From: Bilabrum cf. latius | Lineage: Eukaryota | NCBI GenBank assembly: GCA_965178125.1 | Contig: OZ237745.1 | Coordinates: 744,001 to 808,000, forward strand | Length of the DNA stretch: 64,000 nucleotides | Direction of reading: 5' to 3' | In this document: positions 12,968 to 24,300 of the stretch, piece after piece | Numbering within the stretch: position 1 is the stretch's first letter | Layout: every line of letters starts with the position of its first letter | Translations under genes and position numbers: made by a program | The notes under the pieces: generated by a model | What the model saw: the letters and a program-made list of their open reading frames with translations, nothing else | The model's database searches: none | What the model was told of the DNA's origin: nothing

Positions 12968-14584
12968 ATGCCGATCCGAACCGCTCTTGGAAACCTTTCA
13001 ATGCGTGTGGTTGCGCCCCCTCGTGCCAAGTGGACCGATGCTGACAGACGAGCAGCGTTAGTACTTTGTCAAGGTGTTCCTGTTGATTCTGCAGAGACTA
13101 TCTGCCAAACCTCATACCTATGCGTCACCACATTGCAGGCACCTTTTCATGGACCTTCTGATCAGTGTACTTGACGGGGATATTGCCCAGCTGCATGGGC
13201 TCGCATCTCGAGTGCGGTCTTGCAAGCTATTCGGCCGACCGCTTGTCAACTACCCGGCCAAACTACAGAATGATGAGCAGTCCGAAAGAATATTTGGGTT
13301 CATCAAACGCAAACCAACACGAACATTCTTGGTTAGACCCATCCACTTCGCCGCCATGCTTGGGGACGTTGCTATCTGCAAACTTCTCGTGGAAGAGTGC
13401 GGAGCTACTTTACTTTGCGGTGGACCATGGGACTTAATAGTATGGACATGCGTAAGCACCACTTGTCTCGCACCGTCCTGGCCTTCCTGGTGCTCCACTG
13501 TTGCGTGACACGCCTCGCATTTCTTGAACGCAGGACGATGATTTGGTGCCATTCGACGTGGCAGTCGAGTCTCGACAGGAGCAAGTGGCCAGGTACATCT
13601 TGCTGAAGAGTGGATTCGTCATTCCAGACATTCTCTTGGTAGACTGGATGATGCCGACATGTTTTACTGTTGGACTGCTGCACTCGCTGGACACAGGGGC
13701 CGCTCGAGTCTGCCACACTCCGAGTTCGTCGATGTTCAATGATAGAGATGGCGTAAGTTGAAGTCGACACATGAAGCTGCGATAAGATGCGAGCCGTCCC
13801 ATTCATCAGCCGCTTTTTCGTTCACGATGCAGTACAGAGTATGCTGGCGATGGCGATCAGATTAGACTCATGTCAAGCCACTGTGGCTCTCCTGCATCGT
13901 GGTGCAGATCCTATGCGGCGATCTGCAAGAGATTCCGATCTGCCCGATGTTCTCACGCGTACTCGGTTCCAGGAGCGTGGCCCTCACCGGGGCTACACGA
14001 ACCGAGTGAGAGACGCCCTCGACAAGCACGGACTCGGAGCACCCCTCGGCGACAAGGTGGTCACGCGGCAGCAAGCGCTGGACGCGATCTACGCGGAGCT
14101 GGGACCCGAGCACTTCCCCGACTTGTCCATGCTGCACCCGGACCGGCGCCGATTGGCTACACTGCTTCGGTTCCGCCACGCCCACGATGCGCAGCGGGAC
14201 GCTCGGCTGGCCGTGGTTGCCGCCAGCGAGGGCCGGCCGCTGGAGCTGGCGAAGCGTCTGAGGCTGGGTCACTTGGCCGGCTGCATGGAGCGGAAGTACA
14301 AGCGGTCTGATGATGGTCTTGCAGGCACAGAGGGCTTGCAGACGCTGGAGGAGCTGGCCCGGGAGAGGGGCCACGAAGAGTGCGCGATAGTTGTGACGGA
14401 GTGGGACTGGCAGGAGGAGTACAGGCAGAGGCGGATCGCGGTGAGGAACGGCGCCCCTGCGAACAAACCGGTCACGGATGAGGATGTTGAAAAGTAGCGA
14501 ATGAAGCAAAGGGAACAAAGAGAGGCAGAGAGGGCCAGGCAGCGTGAGCAGCTGCAGGCGGCAGGTAGTGGCCACGATGGCTGA
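12968..14584 (+). CDS. Ankyrin-repeat-like protein, copy A (spliced)
   Basis: Ankyrin-like segments RPIHFAAMLGDVAICKLLVEECGA, VPFDVAVESRQEQVARYIL, MLAMAIRLDSCQATVALLHRGADP and TLEELARERGHEEC. TAG at 14495 is read through to TGA 14582, which gives the same C-terminus as copy B. Exon borders are approximate. Confidence 0.7.
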
Positions 14585-15408
14585 CCTAGAGCATTGAAGT
14601 GTCAGGTGGGTGTAGGTAGGTACGTGTGTTCGATGGACGCGATCGTGTCGGGTATTGTTGTATTAGAAATGTAGATGCGAATCTTGCACGCTAGGTAGCA
14701 GCTGTTGGTGAGGCGAGGTTGAGGTCGCGCGTTGGGTGCAGTGCTCGTGCGAGGGTCAGGACCAGATGGATGTGATGCAGCGAAGCGGATGAGTTTGCGG
14801 TCGAGGAGGCCAGTCCAGTGAAGGACGAGCAGGAGCGGCGGCTAGGGGGTGGGCGAGTGGAATGGGGGGGGTGGGGTGAGGCAGAATAGGGAGGGGTGAC
14901 GGTACACCAAGAGGGTGAATGATCCGGATTAGTGGAGGAGATGATTGGCGGGGTCATCTGGTTGACACGGTGGATCGAAGGGGGGGCACACAATCCGGGC
15001 AGGTTGAGCCGGGGCGTGTGTGCGGTGAGCTGCCCGGATCAGGGATAGGATCACCCGACCACATGCGGATGAGGGAGATAGGGGCGGCGGCCACACACCC
15101 GGTCATGCATTGAGCAGCAGCCACTTCGTGACTACCTAAGTATAAGTGTAGAGCAGCCCGACAAAAGTACGAGTCAGTTGAGCAAAACGTGACTAGCAAG
15201 CTAGCAAAAGTATCGCGACAATGCAAGAAACTGCAAGGATGTGGCTCGAACGCAACGGCACGCCCTCCACCCCAGTGCCGGCGCCGCGGTGCCTCTCAAA
15301 TCGCATCAGCCACTGCAGCCGGCATAGAGCATCACCAAATGTACCATGCAACCAGACACACTGACGAAGTCCAGCGATAGACCACTACACCTCTGCACAC
15401 CCCTTGCA

Positions 15409-18400
15409 TCACGAGATGGTGCAGCAACCATCCGACGCTGCTGATGGCGACGGAGTCATCACACTCGGGGTTGGCGAAGAAGAAGGCGTCTCTGAAGGTG
15501 AAGGAGTACACGATGGCGTCCCTGAAGGTGTTGCGCTAGAAGATGGCGTTGTCGTGGGAGTTGGCGTTGGCGTCGGAGTGGATGTAGGAGTCGGAGCTGG
15601 CGGGCGTAGCCTTTCGAACATGCATTCGGCCGGGAATCGCACAGCTTCGTCGATTGTTCTCGGCTCACACAGTCCTGACGGGTGCTCGGCATCGCGCCCA
15701 TCTCCACCAGCGCTGCCACCAGCTGCTATGGCGGCCTCGATTCCATTGCTTGGCATGTATCCTAGTTGTTCCAGCGTGTTAGCAGCGCCAAGCCGGACCA
15801 TGGTTGTGACGAGGGTCACCAAGCTAGTCTAATAGCTCGTGTGAGCTGCTCCGGCGCAGCCGAATGGAAGCAGCTGCTTGGCTTTGACTTCTTCATCTCC
15901 CTGAGCCGCACCAGACCTCAATACCCTTGGATACTTGACCGCACTGTCGCTAGGAAACTCGGCTGCTGCCCACTGACCGCACAGGACCCGCCCCCGGTCC
16001 TCCCGACTGAGATCCGCGAATGGATGCCGCTTCTTGTACATGTCGGTGAGGATCTTGGCCACTGGTGCGTACAGTCTCACACCAGCCACCTCTGTCCTAG
16101 ACAGGTGCCACAGCAGGCTAAGCCCTGGCTGCAGGGCTTTGAACAGTTTACTAGCATCGTCCAGTTCTGTCTTGTCGGACCCCGCGTCGCCTTCCGGAGG
16201 ACCATAATTGTCGAACAGTACTTTTCGAAGAATACTGACGGGACTGCATGATGATTCGCTGATCGAAGCATCTGCTGCGCACTTGAGGGCGTCCTGCACT
16301 GCTGCAGCCATCATGCCAGCCCGTGCGTCTTCGTAGTTCAGGTGGCTATTGATTTGTCCACTAGTTGCACGCAGCATGGCCATTGCCTTCCCAGCGCGCT
16401 CCAAGTACTTGGCGCTGTGCACGATTGAGTCTAGAACATCCAAATCAGGCCTATCCGCTGCAACTTCAGCCTGGTCGGCTCGATGCCGGTTGCTTCTCGA
16501 TCCGCCATAAAGGCTGCGCTAGTCTAGCAAACGGTGTTCCTCTTCCACGGCTCCTGTCGCTGGCTGCTCCTCGTCGGGTATACCGGGCAATGATACTTGC
16601 ATACTGGCTCCTTGAGCGGAGACACCAGCTCCCTGAATGACCGCGAGATCCTCGGTACCCGATCCGATCGCGTAGTTGTCTGGGCTGATGTCGAGTGACA
16701 AACGAATCGAGTCCAAGAAGTTCTCCGCCGCGGCGGATGCGATTTCGTGAATTGGCAAAGGCATCGCAACCATGCCCTGGCCCCACAGGTACACAGCTGT
16801 GTCGACGGAGCCCTCCGTGGCGTATGCCTCTGAAGCGAGGAGAGCAGAGAGGCTTCTATAGTACAGGACCCTGCCATACGCTTGTCTGAGTTCGTTCAAA
16901 AAGTGGGGGTGAATCCCGGCTTCTGGCAAGCTGGCAACAGCCTCGAAAACTGCCAGCTGGAAGTTCGTGATCGTGACGCGGTCAACCTGCTCCACAGCAC
17001 TAGACCGGCTACTGGCAGCACCGAGCTCGCCAGCGCCGGCTCCAGTCGCTGGGCCGGCCGGAGGTAATGCGCCGCGCAAGCTTGTCGACCTACCATTGTC
17101 ATCTTTCTTCAAGGCAACCAAAGCAGTCTAAAGGTTTTGACGCGCAGCCTAAAGCTGTTGCAGAGCCGCGGATCGCTCGTCAAGCGATGCCTCGTAGGCG
17201 CCCTGCCTGCAGTAGGCCGCCAACTCCTCGGGGATGGCCCGCAGCTGGTCCAGGCCCGCTGGCTCACCGAAATAGGCATGATAGCTGTCACTGCCTCCAG
17301 CAAACGTGGACGTGGTCTCACCGGTGACCACTGAGCTGCAGCGACTGAGAATCATCTCGGTCACGTCAGCCGCAATCAGCGAAGCTTCACGAAGCGCGGC
17401 ACACTTCTACTTTTCCAGCTGCTCCTTCATGAAGTGCTTATCAGCAGTGTCGTAAAACGTGTTGCTTAGAACTAGTTTATGTCGAAGTCCTTCCACGATC
17501 TGCTTGCAGTACTCCTCCGGAAGCAGCAACCGTGCCTTGGCCAAGACAGCCACAAGCCCGTCCCATTGGTGCATGGTGGCAAGGCGCATCGCGAAGGTCT
17601 TGACACCCGCGTGCTTCGCTTGCAGTGCTTTGTAGATGCTACCGGCGAGGATGGTGTGATAGGGGCACATCGCGTCGCCCCCGGTGGCTGTAGGATCAGC
17701 AGCACCTCCTGCACTATGTTGCTCCGGCCAGCACACCTGCTGCTGTTTGTACTGTTCCATAGCTTTCTCGCCTGTCAGCTCCTTGCCACCGCTGAGCCCA
17801 ACTTTCTTCTGATCGAATGCGAAGTCAGTCGCGTATAGCACGAGGTCAAAGTACCCTGAGACGGTGGTCTGCAGGGCCCGGCACGAGTCGCGGGAGTGCA
17901 GGGAGTGGAGCAGCTTGCGGTTGGCAACATCAGCAGGGCTCTGGCCCTCGTAATTGGCGTGTGCCACCTAAGCGACGCGATCACGCACTATTTGGGCTTC
18001 GGCTAGGAGCCCTTTGATGTCTTCGCTGACAAATGGTTGCTGGTCTTCACTCCTTGTACTTCCGGATAGCATGTGGTCCAAATCGGCCGACACATCGGCC
18101 ACACTTTCGCCTTCAGAAGGGTTTTCCAGCATAGCGGTGACCTTTCTAATTGAATCGGCAGAGCTTGCATCATTGTGAAACGAGAACACGCTTTCAAGTA
18201 GATGGTTTGCCTACTTCACGAAGTAGACATCCAGGGGTTCGCCATCTCCGTCTTTGCCCACGTCCACCCGAACATTCACATCAAGATCTGCGAGGAGCTG
18301 ATAAGATGTAATATATCCAAACTGAGTGCTTCACTTTAGCCGTGCGGTCATTTCCAGTATTCCCTCTCACCAGATGTAGGGTCTTTGCTGCCAACAGCAT

Positions 18401-19260
18401 CCGCAATGATGGCATCGTGGAACCTTGGCTCGGACGTCTTGAGGTGCTCAACAAACTGATCGAAGAATCCCTTGCGGAATATCTAGCTGCTGATGTAAGT
18501 GCTGACCCTGCACATGATTTCCTCTTTGTTGCTTGACATCGAGATGCCGCTGGGGCGCATCGCTGCATCCCACATGCCTTGCACGGCTTCATGGGGGCTT
18601 TCCAGTGGATCGCTCGCGCCGCCGCCAGCCCCGTCTCCATGGCCGGCGTTGAGCATGTGTGTGGCAACGATCTCTGCGCAGTAGATCGTGTTTTCTTGGA
18701 AGTAGTGTTTCAGCGATGCCCAGCCGCCAGCAGCCGAGACAAACACACCGGGACAGAACTGTCCAAGTGCAGAATGCGCGGCTTCGTCCGATTCCCTGAT
18801 CATCATGTTCAATGCGAACTCCGAGAACTACACGCACGATTCCTTGTCCCCTTCTTCCTGGTACCACTCGGTGCATTTCGCCTTCAGTGCGTCAACTTGA
18901 ACTTGATCGGCTGCGGACACAGATCTACCTAGGTTAATAATCTCATAATGGATATCACCACATTATGTGCACCGGTTCCACTTTATCAACCAATGCCAGC
19001 CTTTCCAGAAACTTGAAGCCGGTCTCATGCGTATCTTGCGTCACATAGCTCGTGAGTGGATGGTCACGGCGTATCAAGCAGTGCCTCCCATTTCGATCTT
19101 GGACGTGATTTACTTTCGACTCACGTACAGGCTGTGCTTCCGGGACTGTGCATGATTTCTCCTCGAAGTCTGGAACTGGGCATTGCGCCTGAACAAGACC
19201 AGCCGAAAGCATGGCTGTGACGGCCACAAATCGCGCATGCCATACAGACATAGTATGCAT
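15409..19260 (-). CDS. Secreted protein of unknown function with C-terminal Pro/Thr/Ser linker, copy B (intact under UAG=Gln)
   Basis: Signal-peptide exon MHTMSVWHARFVAVTAMLSAGLVQA-QCPVPDF followed by a GTGAGT donor at 19124. The last exon (~18290-15409) is one frame broken only by TAG (18211, 17968, 17407, 17149, 17128, 16519, 15829); upstream TAGs at 18828 and 18483. TGA stop. Confidence 0.75.
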
Positions 19261-19417
19261 GCCCGTATTAACTTGTGATATCAGCTGAATCTTGCACTTG
19301 ATCCCTCTGAATGCTGGTATGCAGTCGTAGTTCGGGCCCAGACCCTCGGTGGTCGCAAATTCCGTCGCGAGAAGGTGACGAGGTCAAGGTCGCCCACTGC
19401 AGCAACGAAACAAACTC

Positions 19418-21020
19418 ATGCCGATCCAAACCGCTCTTGGTAGCCTATCAATCCGAGTGGTTGCGCCTCCTCGTGTCAAGCCGACCGATGATGATAGACG
19501 AACAGCGTAAGCATGCGGTCACAAGGTCCTGTTGATTCTGTGGAGACTATCTATTTCATTTAGTACCCTTGCACCACAATCCTGCAGACAACTATTTGTA
19601 GACCTTGTGATCGGCGTGCTACATGGGGATATTGCCCGGCTGCATGGGCTTACATCCCGTGTCAGGTCGTGCCAGCTATTCGGCCGGCCGCTTGTCGACT
19701 ACCCCGCTTAGCTGCAGAATGATGACCAGGCCCAAAAGATATTTGCATTGATCAAAAGTGGGCGTCGGCCATTTTATATGGTTCGACCTATCATCTTCGC
19801 CGCATTGCTTGGAGACGTAGCAGTCTGCAAACACCTTATTGAAGATTGTGCTGCCAACCTCCGTTGTGGAGGGCCATGGTCCTCGTTGATATTGAGGGGC
19901 GTAAGTGTTCATCATAGGCTTCCGTTTTGGCTTTCCTGGTGCTGCACTGCTGCTGATGTTTGGTACAACTTGCATTCTCGTATCGCAGTCGGATAATTTG
20001 GTGCCCTTGGACGTAGCAGTAAGAACTCAAAAGGAGCAAGTTGCCAAGTACATCTTGCTGAAGAGCGGATTCGTTGTGCTGGACAGAATTTTGTTACTAT
20101 GGATAACTCCTTCCCTGAATTTTCCCGTCGGTCTGTTGCTCTCGCTGGATACGGGAGCTGCTCCAGTCTGCCACTCTGCATATGGTAGTGTAAGTTCGAA
20201 TTTGGAACAACACCTGGACTTGAAGTCGACCAATCCAACCACTTGCTAAGCAATTCGTCATACTGTACTGCAGAGTGTGCTGGCGACAGCAATCAAACGG
20301 GACAACTGCCAAGCCACCGTGCTTCTCCTGCATCGTGGTGCCGATCCCATGCGGCAATCTGCAAGAGATTCCGATCTGCCCGATATTCTCACGCGCACTC
20401 ACTTTCAAGAGCGCGGCCCACATCGGGGCTACACGAACCGAGTGAGAGACGCCCTCGACAAGCACGGACTCGGAGCACCCCTCGGCGACAAGGTGGTCAC
20501 GCGGCAGCAAGCGCTGGACGCGATCTACGCGGAGCTGGGACTCGAGCACTTCCCCGACTTGCCCATGCTGCACCCGGCCCGGCGCCGATTGGCCACTCTG
20601 CTTCGGTTCCGCCACGCCCACGATGCGCAGCTGGACGCTCGGCTGGCCGTGATGGCCGCCAGCGAGGGCCGGCCGCTGGAGCTGGCGAAGCGGCTGAGGC
20701 TGGGTCACTTGGCCGGCTGCATGGAGCGGAAGTACAAGCGATCTGGTGATGGTCTTGCAGGCACAGAGGGCTTGCAGACGCTGGAGGAGCTGGCCCGTGA
20801 GAGGGGCCACGAAGAGTGCGCGATGGTTGTGACGGAGTGGGACTGGCAGGAGGAGTACAGGCAGAGGCGGATCGCGGTGAGGAACGGCGCCCCCGCAAAT
20901 AAGCCCGTGACAAATGAAGAAGTCCACGAGGAGCGTATGAAGCAAAGGGAACAAAGAGAAGCAGAGAGGGCCAGGCAGCGTGAGCAGCTGCAGGCGGCAG
21001 GTAGTGGCCACGATGGCTGA
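19418..21020 (+). CDS. Ankyrin-repeat-like protein, copy B (spliced)
   Basis: ATG at 19418 (MPIQTALG), GTAAG donors, in-frame TAG at 19709, the same ankyrin-like segments as copy A, TGA at 21018. Confidence 0.7.
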
Positions 21021-21268
21021 CCTAGACAGTTGAAGTGGCAGGTGGGTGTAGGCAGGTTCGTGTGTTCGATGGACGCGATCGTGCTGGGTATTGTTGCTGT
21101 TGAAGTATCCACTTGAATGCGAATCTTGCACACTCAATCAAATCCTCATGCTTGGTTCAGATGATAGCAACTGCCTAGTCCAACAAGCGAACAGCAATCG
21201 CATCGAGGGATGCCACCCAATGACTCGCAGCAGCTATCCTCTACGCCGACGAGACTCACACTCTTGCG

Positions 21269-21338
21269 CATTCACGACTCCTTCACTCCATCGCGCCCTC
21301 TCTCATTCACGACTCCTTCACTCCATCGCGCCCTCTCT
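21269..21338. repeat. Perfect 35-bp tandem duplication spanning the myosin stop codon
   Basis: CATTCACGACTCCTTCACTCCATCGCGCCCTCTCT occurs at 21269-21303 and 21304-21338. Confidence 0.9.
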
Positions 21339-24300
21339 CTCCATAAGCTGGTCCAAATGAGCCAGCTCAGCCTCACGGTCTTCGGCTGACTGCGCCCCGG
21401 ACCCACTCAGACCACCAGCCCCAACACCTCCCGCCCTGGACGCTGCTGCGATGATCCCCTCGATGTCCCCACGCCTGGATGCCTGCTCGTACGCCGCCCT
21501 GCGCTCCTCCTCGTGCATGTAGCTGCCGCCCCTGTCGGTCCTGGGATCCACGCGTGGAGGCTGCGCGCCACCAGGGCGGTCCGCGTACCCGCCTGCTGCT
21601 GACCCATCCTCCGGCAAGAAGCGACGGCTACTCGGGTCAGCGGCAGGACTAGGCATGCCCGACCGCTGGTAGGACGGCACCTCCAGCTACAGCATGTCCG
21701 CGTTGTCGGCTAGCGTGCTTCGGCCCGGGTCGGGCCCACGCGGGGCTCGCTGACTGCTGCTGCTGGAACTGGACCTGGAATCGTCCGCGTGATGCATGGT
21801 GCGACGGGCCAGCTGCTCTTCCATGCCGCGCGTGGGGTTGTCCTCATCCTCGTCGTCCTCGTTGTACTGTCCCGCACCTCCGTATTGCCTACTGCCGCCA
21901 GGGACACTGTCATTGAGCGCGGCCTCATCCAGCCCAGGATCGTACACGCCCGCGGGCGCTTCCAAAGCATTCGATGCTCTCTCTCTGGGTGGTTGGCTGC
22001 GGGGCGGCGGGGGCGGTGCCCCGGCCTCTGGCTCGCCCACAGACGCAATGCCAGAGGGCTACCCCTCCGCAGGCTCGAGGGAGCGCGCCGGACGCGCGTG
22101 ACCTGACGCATCGCTGTAGGCCGGCATGCCAGCCGTCGAGCCGGTGGCAGCATCATCGACAGAGCGAGGTCGAGGCGGGCCCGCCAGGTCCGGCGCGTTC
22201 CCTCCAAGCGCCATCTTGCTGACGTCACTCTCCCAGAGCTCTCTGGCCACCCGATCTAGCTTGTCCTGGGTCGCTTCAGAGACGCCCCTTCTCGCATCGC
22301 TGGGATCTTCGGAGCCTCTGATTGCCGGTGCGCCCTGGGAGTCACCGTGGCGCGCATCGTTCGTGCGCTCGTCTTCGTTCACGGCAGCATCCGCGTCCCG
22401 CACAGCCGCTTCGACCGAGCTTTTGACCAGCCCAGAAAGCTGCATGTCTGCCTTGGCATCGCCCTCCACGGCCTCCTCGAAAAGCTGCCGCCCTTGTTCC
22501 CCAGCTGCGGGCTCGGCCCTCTCGGCCACGTCCCGGGCCCTCGACGCCTGGCTAGGGGGCACGGCCCGGCCGTCCGGGATGCCGCTGCCGGTGGCTCGGG
22601 AGGGGGGCTGCTCCAAGGATGCGCGGTCCTGCCTGGCCGTGGGAGGAGCCGACGGGTGCAGGGCCGAAGGGCCGCCCGCCCTGCGGTCATCGACTGGGAT
22701 AACGGGAGGCGAGTGCCTCGGCAGGTTCCGCACCATGCCGTATTTGCTGGGGTCGAACTTGCGCTGCTCCCTGTAGCCGCCCCTCGAAGCGCCGGTGCGC
22801 TCGACTGCGCCCTTGCCTTGGAGCGCGGCCTCCTCGTCCTGCTCTTCCCTGGCCCGTTCAGCGTCCATCTTGTTCCCTAAAGTGTACCCCAGAGCCAGCT
22901 TCCTCTTCTCCTCTTTGGCCTTCTTCTCGTCGTGCCGCTGCTGCACCGCGTCCGCATGTGCGAGCGCCAGGATGCTCTTCCCGTACCGGCCGTCCATGGC
23001 CACGGCAGAGTCCATCTGAAGGGTGAGAGGACCGCTCGTGATCAGGCGGCCCACGGTGATGGGTCCTCCAGCAAGGATGCTGCTGCTGCTGCTGCTGCTG
23101 CCGCCAGGCGTGGACTGTCCCCGGTGCTGCTCCGCTACGACGAGCGCTTTGGAAGCGGACGAGTCCACGAACTTGGTCGGCTCTTTGGCAATTGCATCCA
23201 TCATGACTCGCCGTACGTCTGCCTGCACCCGCGAGTCGGCCATCGCGATCTGCAGGATAGACGCACTGACGAGTGCGTTTGCTTCTCTTCGGATGCCACC
23301 GCCTAGCACCCTCACGCCAACCGCCTCCACGGAAGGCCCCCCATGATCCTCCAGCTGACCAGAGGCCTCGGGGGCGAGTGCCACCTGTGGATACAAAGTG
23401 ATGCGCTCCAGTGGCGTGTACGGCGGGGGTGCGTCGGGATCCACAGCACCGGACTGCTCCTGCGGGGAGGCCTCTGCCGCCGCGTCTGGCAGCTGGTGCC
23501 GCAGGTGTTTCTTGATGGCATCGGACACCTCGGGAAGAAGGGATGGCGGGCCATTCTCGAGTAGATGCAGCCGGACCCGGTGGGCAAGCACAGCGACGGG
23601 CTCCAGCTTGAGCACAGCCTGGCTCGGCAGGAATGTCGCTTGCCTTCCCGATGCCTCAAGCAGCGTGCGAGCCACTGCATTGTACACGCGCGGCTCGACT
23701 CCAGCCGCCACGAGCGTCGACGGCTCGCGCTCCTGTGTGGGCGATGCACCGAGAGACAGCAGCATGAGTGCCCTACGCTGGTGCGCGCGAGCTCCAGCCG
23801 CCGCCTAGATAGCTGCGATCACGGCAGATGGCGGAATACGAACGGCAAGCACCTGAGCGAGCGTCTGCCTCCTCTACCTGCCCGTCACGGCACCGCGCGC
23901 ACCCCTAGCCTGCTGGCGGGCAACAGAGGCATCGCCCCTGGCAAATTCGAGAGCGATGCGGGCCCGTTCGTTCTCAATCCCAACCAGAGCAAAGTGGCGC
24001 CGTCGCAAGGACGCAATGAGGCTGATCCCCAGGTTGTCATCGTCCCCTCGCCTGAAGAAGGAGTCCTCGCTGTTTTCTAGAGCAAGGCGCTTCCGCATGG
24101 CGGACTCCTCGGGGTCCACGCGGGCCACCGGCAGGAAGCTGGCCGCGTGCACAAGCGCACTCGAAGTTGCCACGTTGCCCAAATTGTCCTGGCCCCTTTC
24201 GTACGACAATTGCAGGCGCTTCCTGGCGTCGCGGTTGCCACTGATGCCCTTGGTGGCAGCTCGTAGCACCTTCTCAAAGGCGGAGGCAAGGACAACGTCT

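Larger units (their letters stand above)
8397..14690. repeat. Segmental tandem duplication, copy A (~6.3 kb)
   Basis: Collinear with 14949-21132. Both copies start CGGGGTCRTCTGGTTGACACGGTGGATCGAAGG and end near ATGCGAATCTTGCAC. Confidence 0.95.
14949..21132. repeat. Segmental tandem duplication, copy B (~6.2 kb)
   Basis: Collinear with 8397-14690; separated from it by a ~260-bp G-rich unique spacer. Confidence 0.95.

Noticed and set aside
14691-14948. G-rich spacer between the duplicate units as a functional G-quadruplex or gene
   Set aside because: G-runs are present, but there is no coding or conservation evidence; most simply 3' UTR or terminator sequence.
8397-21132. Duplication as an LTR retrotransposon, Polinton/virophage or other mobile element
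   Set aside because: No transposase, integrase, reverse transcriptase or capsid motifs, terminal repeats or target-site duplication were seen; GC content resembles the flanks.
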